Assembly (NCBI GenBank): GCA_964590935.1
Contig: CAZPXC010000002.1
Span: 12,885-53,105 of the forward strand
Reading direction: 5' to 3'
DNA length: 40,221 nt
Source: an uncultured Methanosarcinales archaeon
GTDB taxonomy: Archaea > Nanobdellota > Nanobdellia > Woesearchaeales > DSVV01
Part shown: piece by piece, positions 39,555 through 40,221 of the stretch
Numbering within the stretch: the stretch's first letter is position 1
How the letters are laid out: every line of letters begins with the position of its first letter
The notes under the pieces: generated by a model
Told to the model about the DNA's origin: nothing
What the model saw: only the letters and a program-made list of their open reading frames with translations
Databases searched by the model: none
Program-made: the position numbers and the translations under genes

Positions 39555-40221
39555 CTAAGAATTGACCAAAGCATCGATTTTCCCGCTGTCTTCGCCGGTC
39601 AGCTGAAAATCAAAGATATCCATGTTCTCTTTAAGATGCTTCTCGCTGCCCGCCTTGAAAAGGGCAACAACGTTCTTTTTTGATATCAGCCAGTTAAGGA
39701 TTATCTGTGCTTCAGTCTTATCATATTTTTTTGATAAGTCTGAAAGCAGCCTTATCTTCTCATCTGTCAGGCTTCCCCTGCCGAATGGCTCGTAAGCGAC
39801 GACCATCATATTGTTCTCCTGGCAATACCTGATGGTCTCGATGTCAGTCTTTTCCCAGAGGTTATATTTCAGTTGGTTTGCAACTATCCTGTTTCTTGAG
39901 TGTTTCTGGGCCTCTTTGACCTGTTCTGTCGAGAAATTGCTTACCCCTATAAAACGGACCAGTTTTTTTTCGACAAGATAGTCCATCGCGTTCATGGTTT
40001 CCTTGATCGGGACCTGCGGATTTGGCCTGTGGACAAGATAAAGGTCGATGTAGCCTGTCTTCAGTCTTTTAAGGCTGTCCTTTGCAGACATGATGACATC
40101 ATCGTATGCAAGATGGGTATGGCTGACTTTTGTGGTGATGAATATCTTTTTCCTGTCAAATGTTTTTATGGCCTCGCCGACCAGCTCTTCAGAATGCCCC
40201 TGGCCATAGCCCTCTGCAGTA
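39555..40221 (-). CDS. aldo/keto reductase, 5' end off the window
   Basis: The frame stays open upstream of the track's Met (TAEGYGQGHSEELVGEAIKTFDRKKIFITTKV...). LKRLKTGYIDLYLVHRP, VRFIGVSNF and NQLKYNLW are AKR signatures. Confidence 0.88.
   Translation of the reverse strand, partial: TAEGYGQGHSEELVGEAIKTFDRKKIFITTKVSHTHLAYDDVIMSAKDSLKRLKTGYIDLYLVHRPNPQVPIKETMNAMDYLVEKKLVRFIGVSNFSTEQVKEAQKHSRNRIVANQLKYNLWEKTDIETIRYCQENNMMVVAYEPFGRGSLTDEKIRLLSDLSKKYDKTEAQIILNWLISKKNVVALFKAGSEKHLKENMDIFDFQLTGEDSGKIDALVNS

Overview
The window looks archaeal. It has an archaeal-type L3-L4-L23-L2-S19-L22 operon, deoxyhypusine synthase, an intron-containing tRNA, TATA-box promoters with many leaderless starts, and LTD and PGF-pre-PGF surface domains. 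The small-genome, surface-protein-rich style suggests a DPANN-like lineage, but that is inference only.

Content from left to right:
- Ribosomal protein operon on the minus strand. uL22 and uL4 carry unusual K/P/E/A-rich tails.
- A Nudix hydrolase, tRNA-Ser(GCU) with a 40-nt intron plus a duplicated 3' end, and a tiny polybasic protein.
- A hypC-hypD pair with no other hydrogenase genes in view.
- A minus-strand operon of secreted and lipobox-bearing surface proteins (LTD domain, Cys-rich CCGN repeats).
- speB-dys, the agmatinase and deoxyhypusine synthase pair.
- A large envelope glycosylation locus: two STT3/AglB-like GT-C proteins, two processive GT2 synthases, a membrane-anchored CxxC thioredoxin-like protein, a GT-B and a PMT_2-like GT-C.
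- A roughly 500-bp region of extreme A+T content, then a 2090-aa surface protein saturated with N-glycosylation sequons. That protein ends in a transmembrane helix and a six-repeat cytoplasmic tail.
- A lower-GC accessory patch with a RelE toxin, gene fragments and three unknown genes, then a partial aldo/keto reductase.

The two strongest candidates for something new:
1. A family of highly structured intergenic repeats in three copies, whose stems differ in sequence but keep pairing through compensatory changes.
2. The giant glyco-adhesin locus. Its cytoplasmic repeat module is shared with a second membrane protein in the window.
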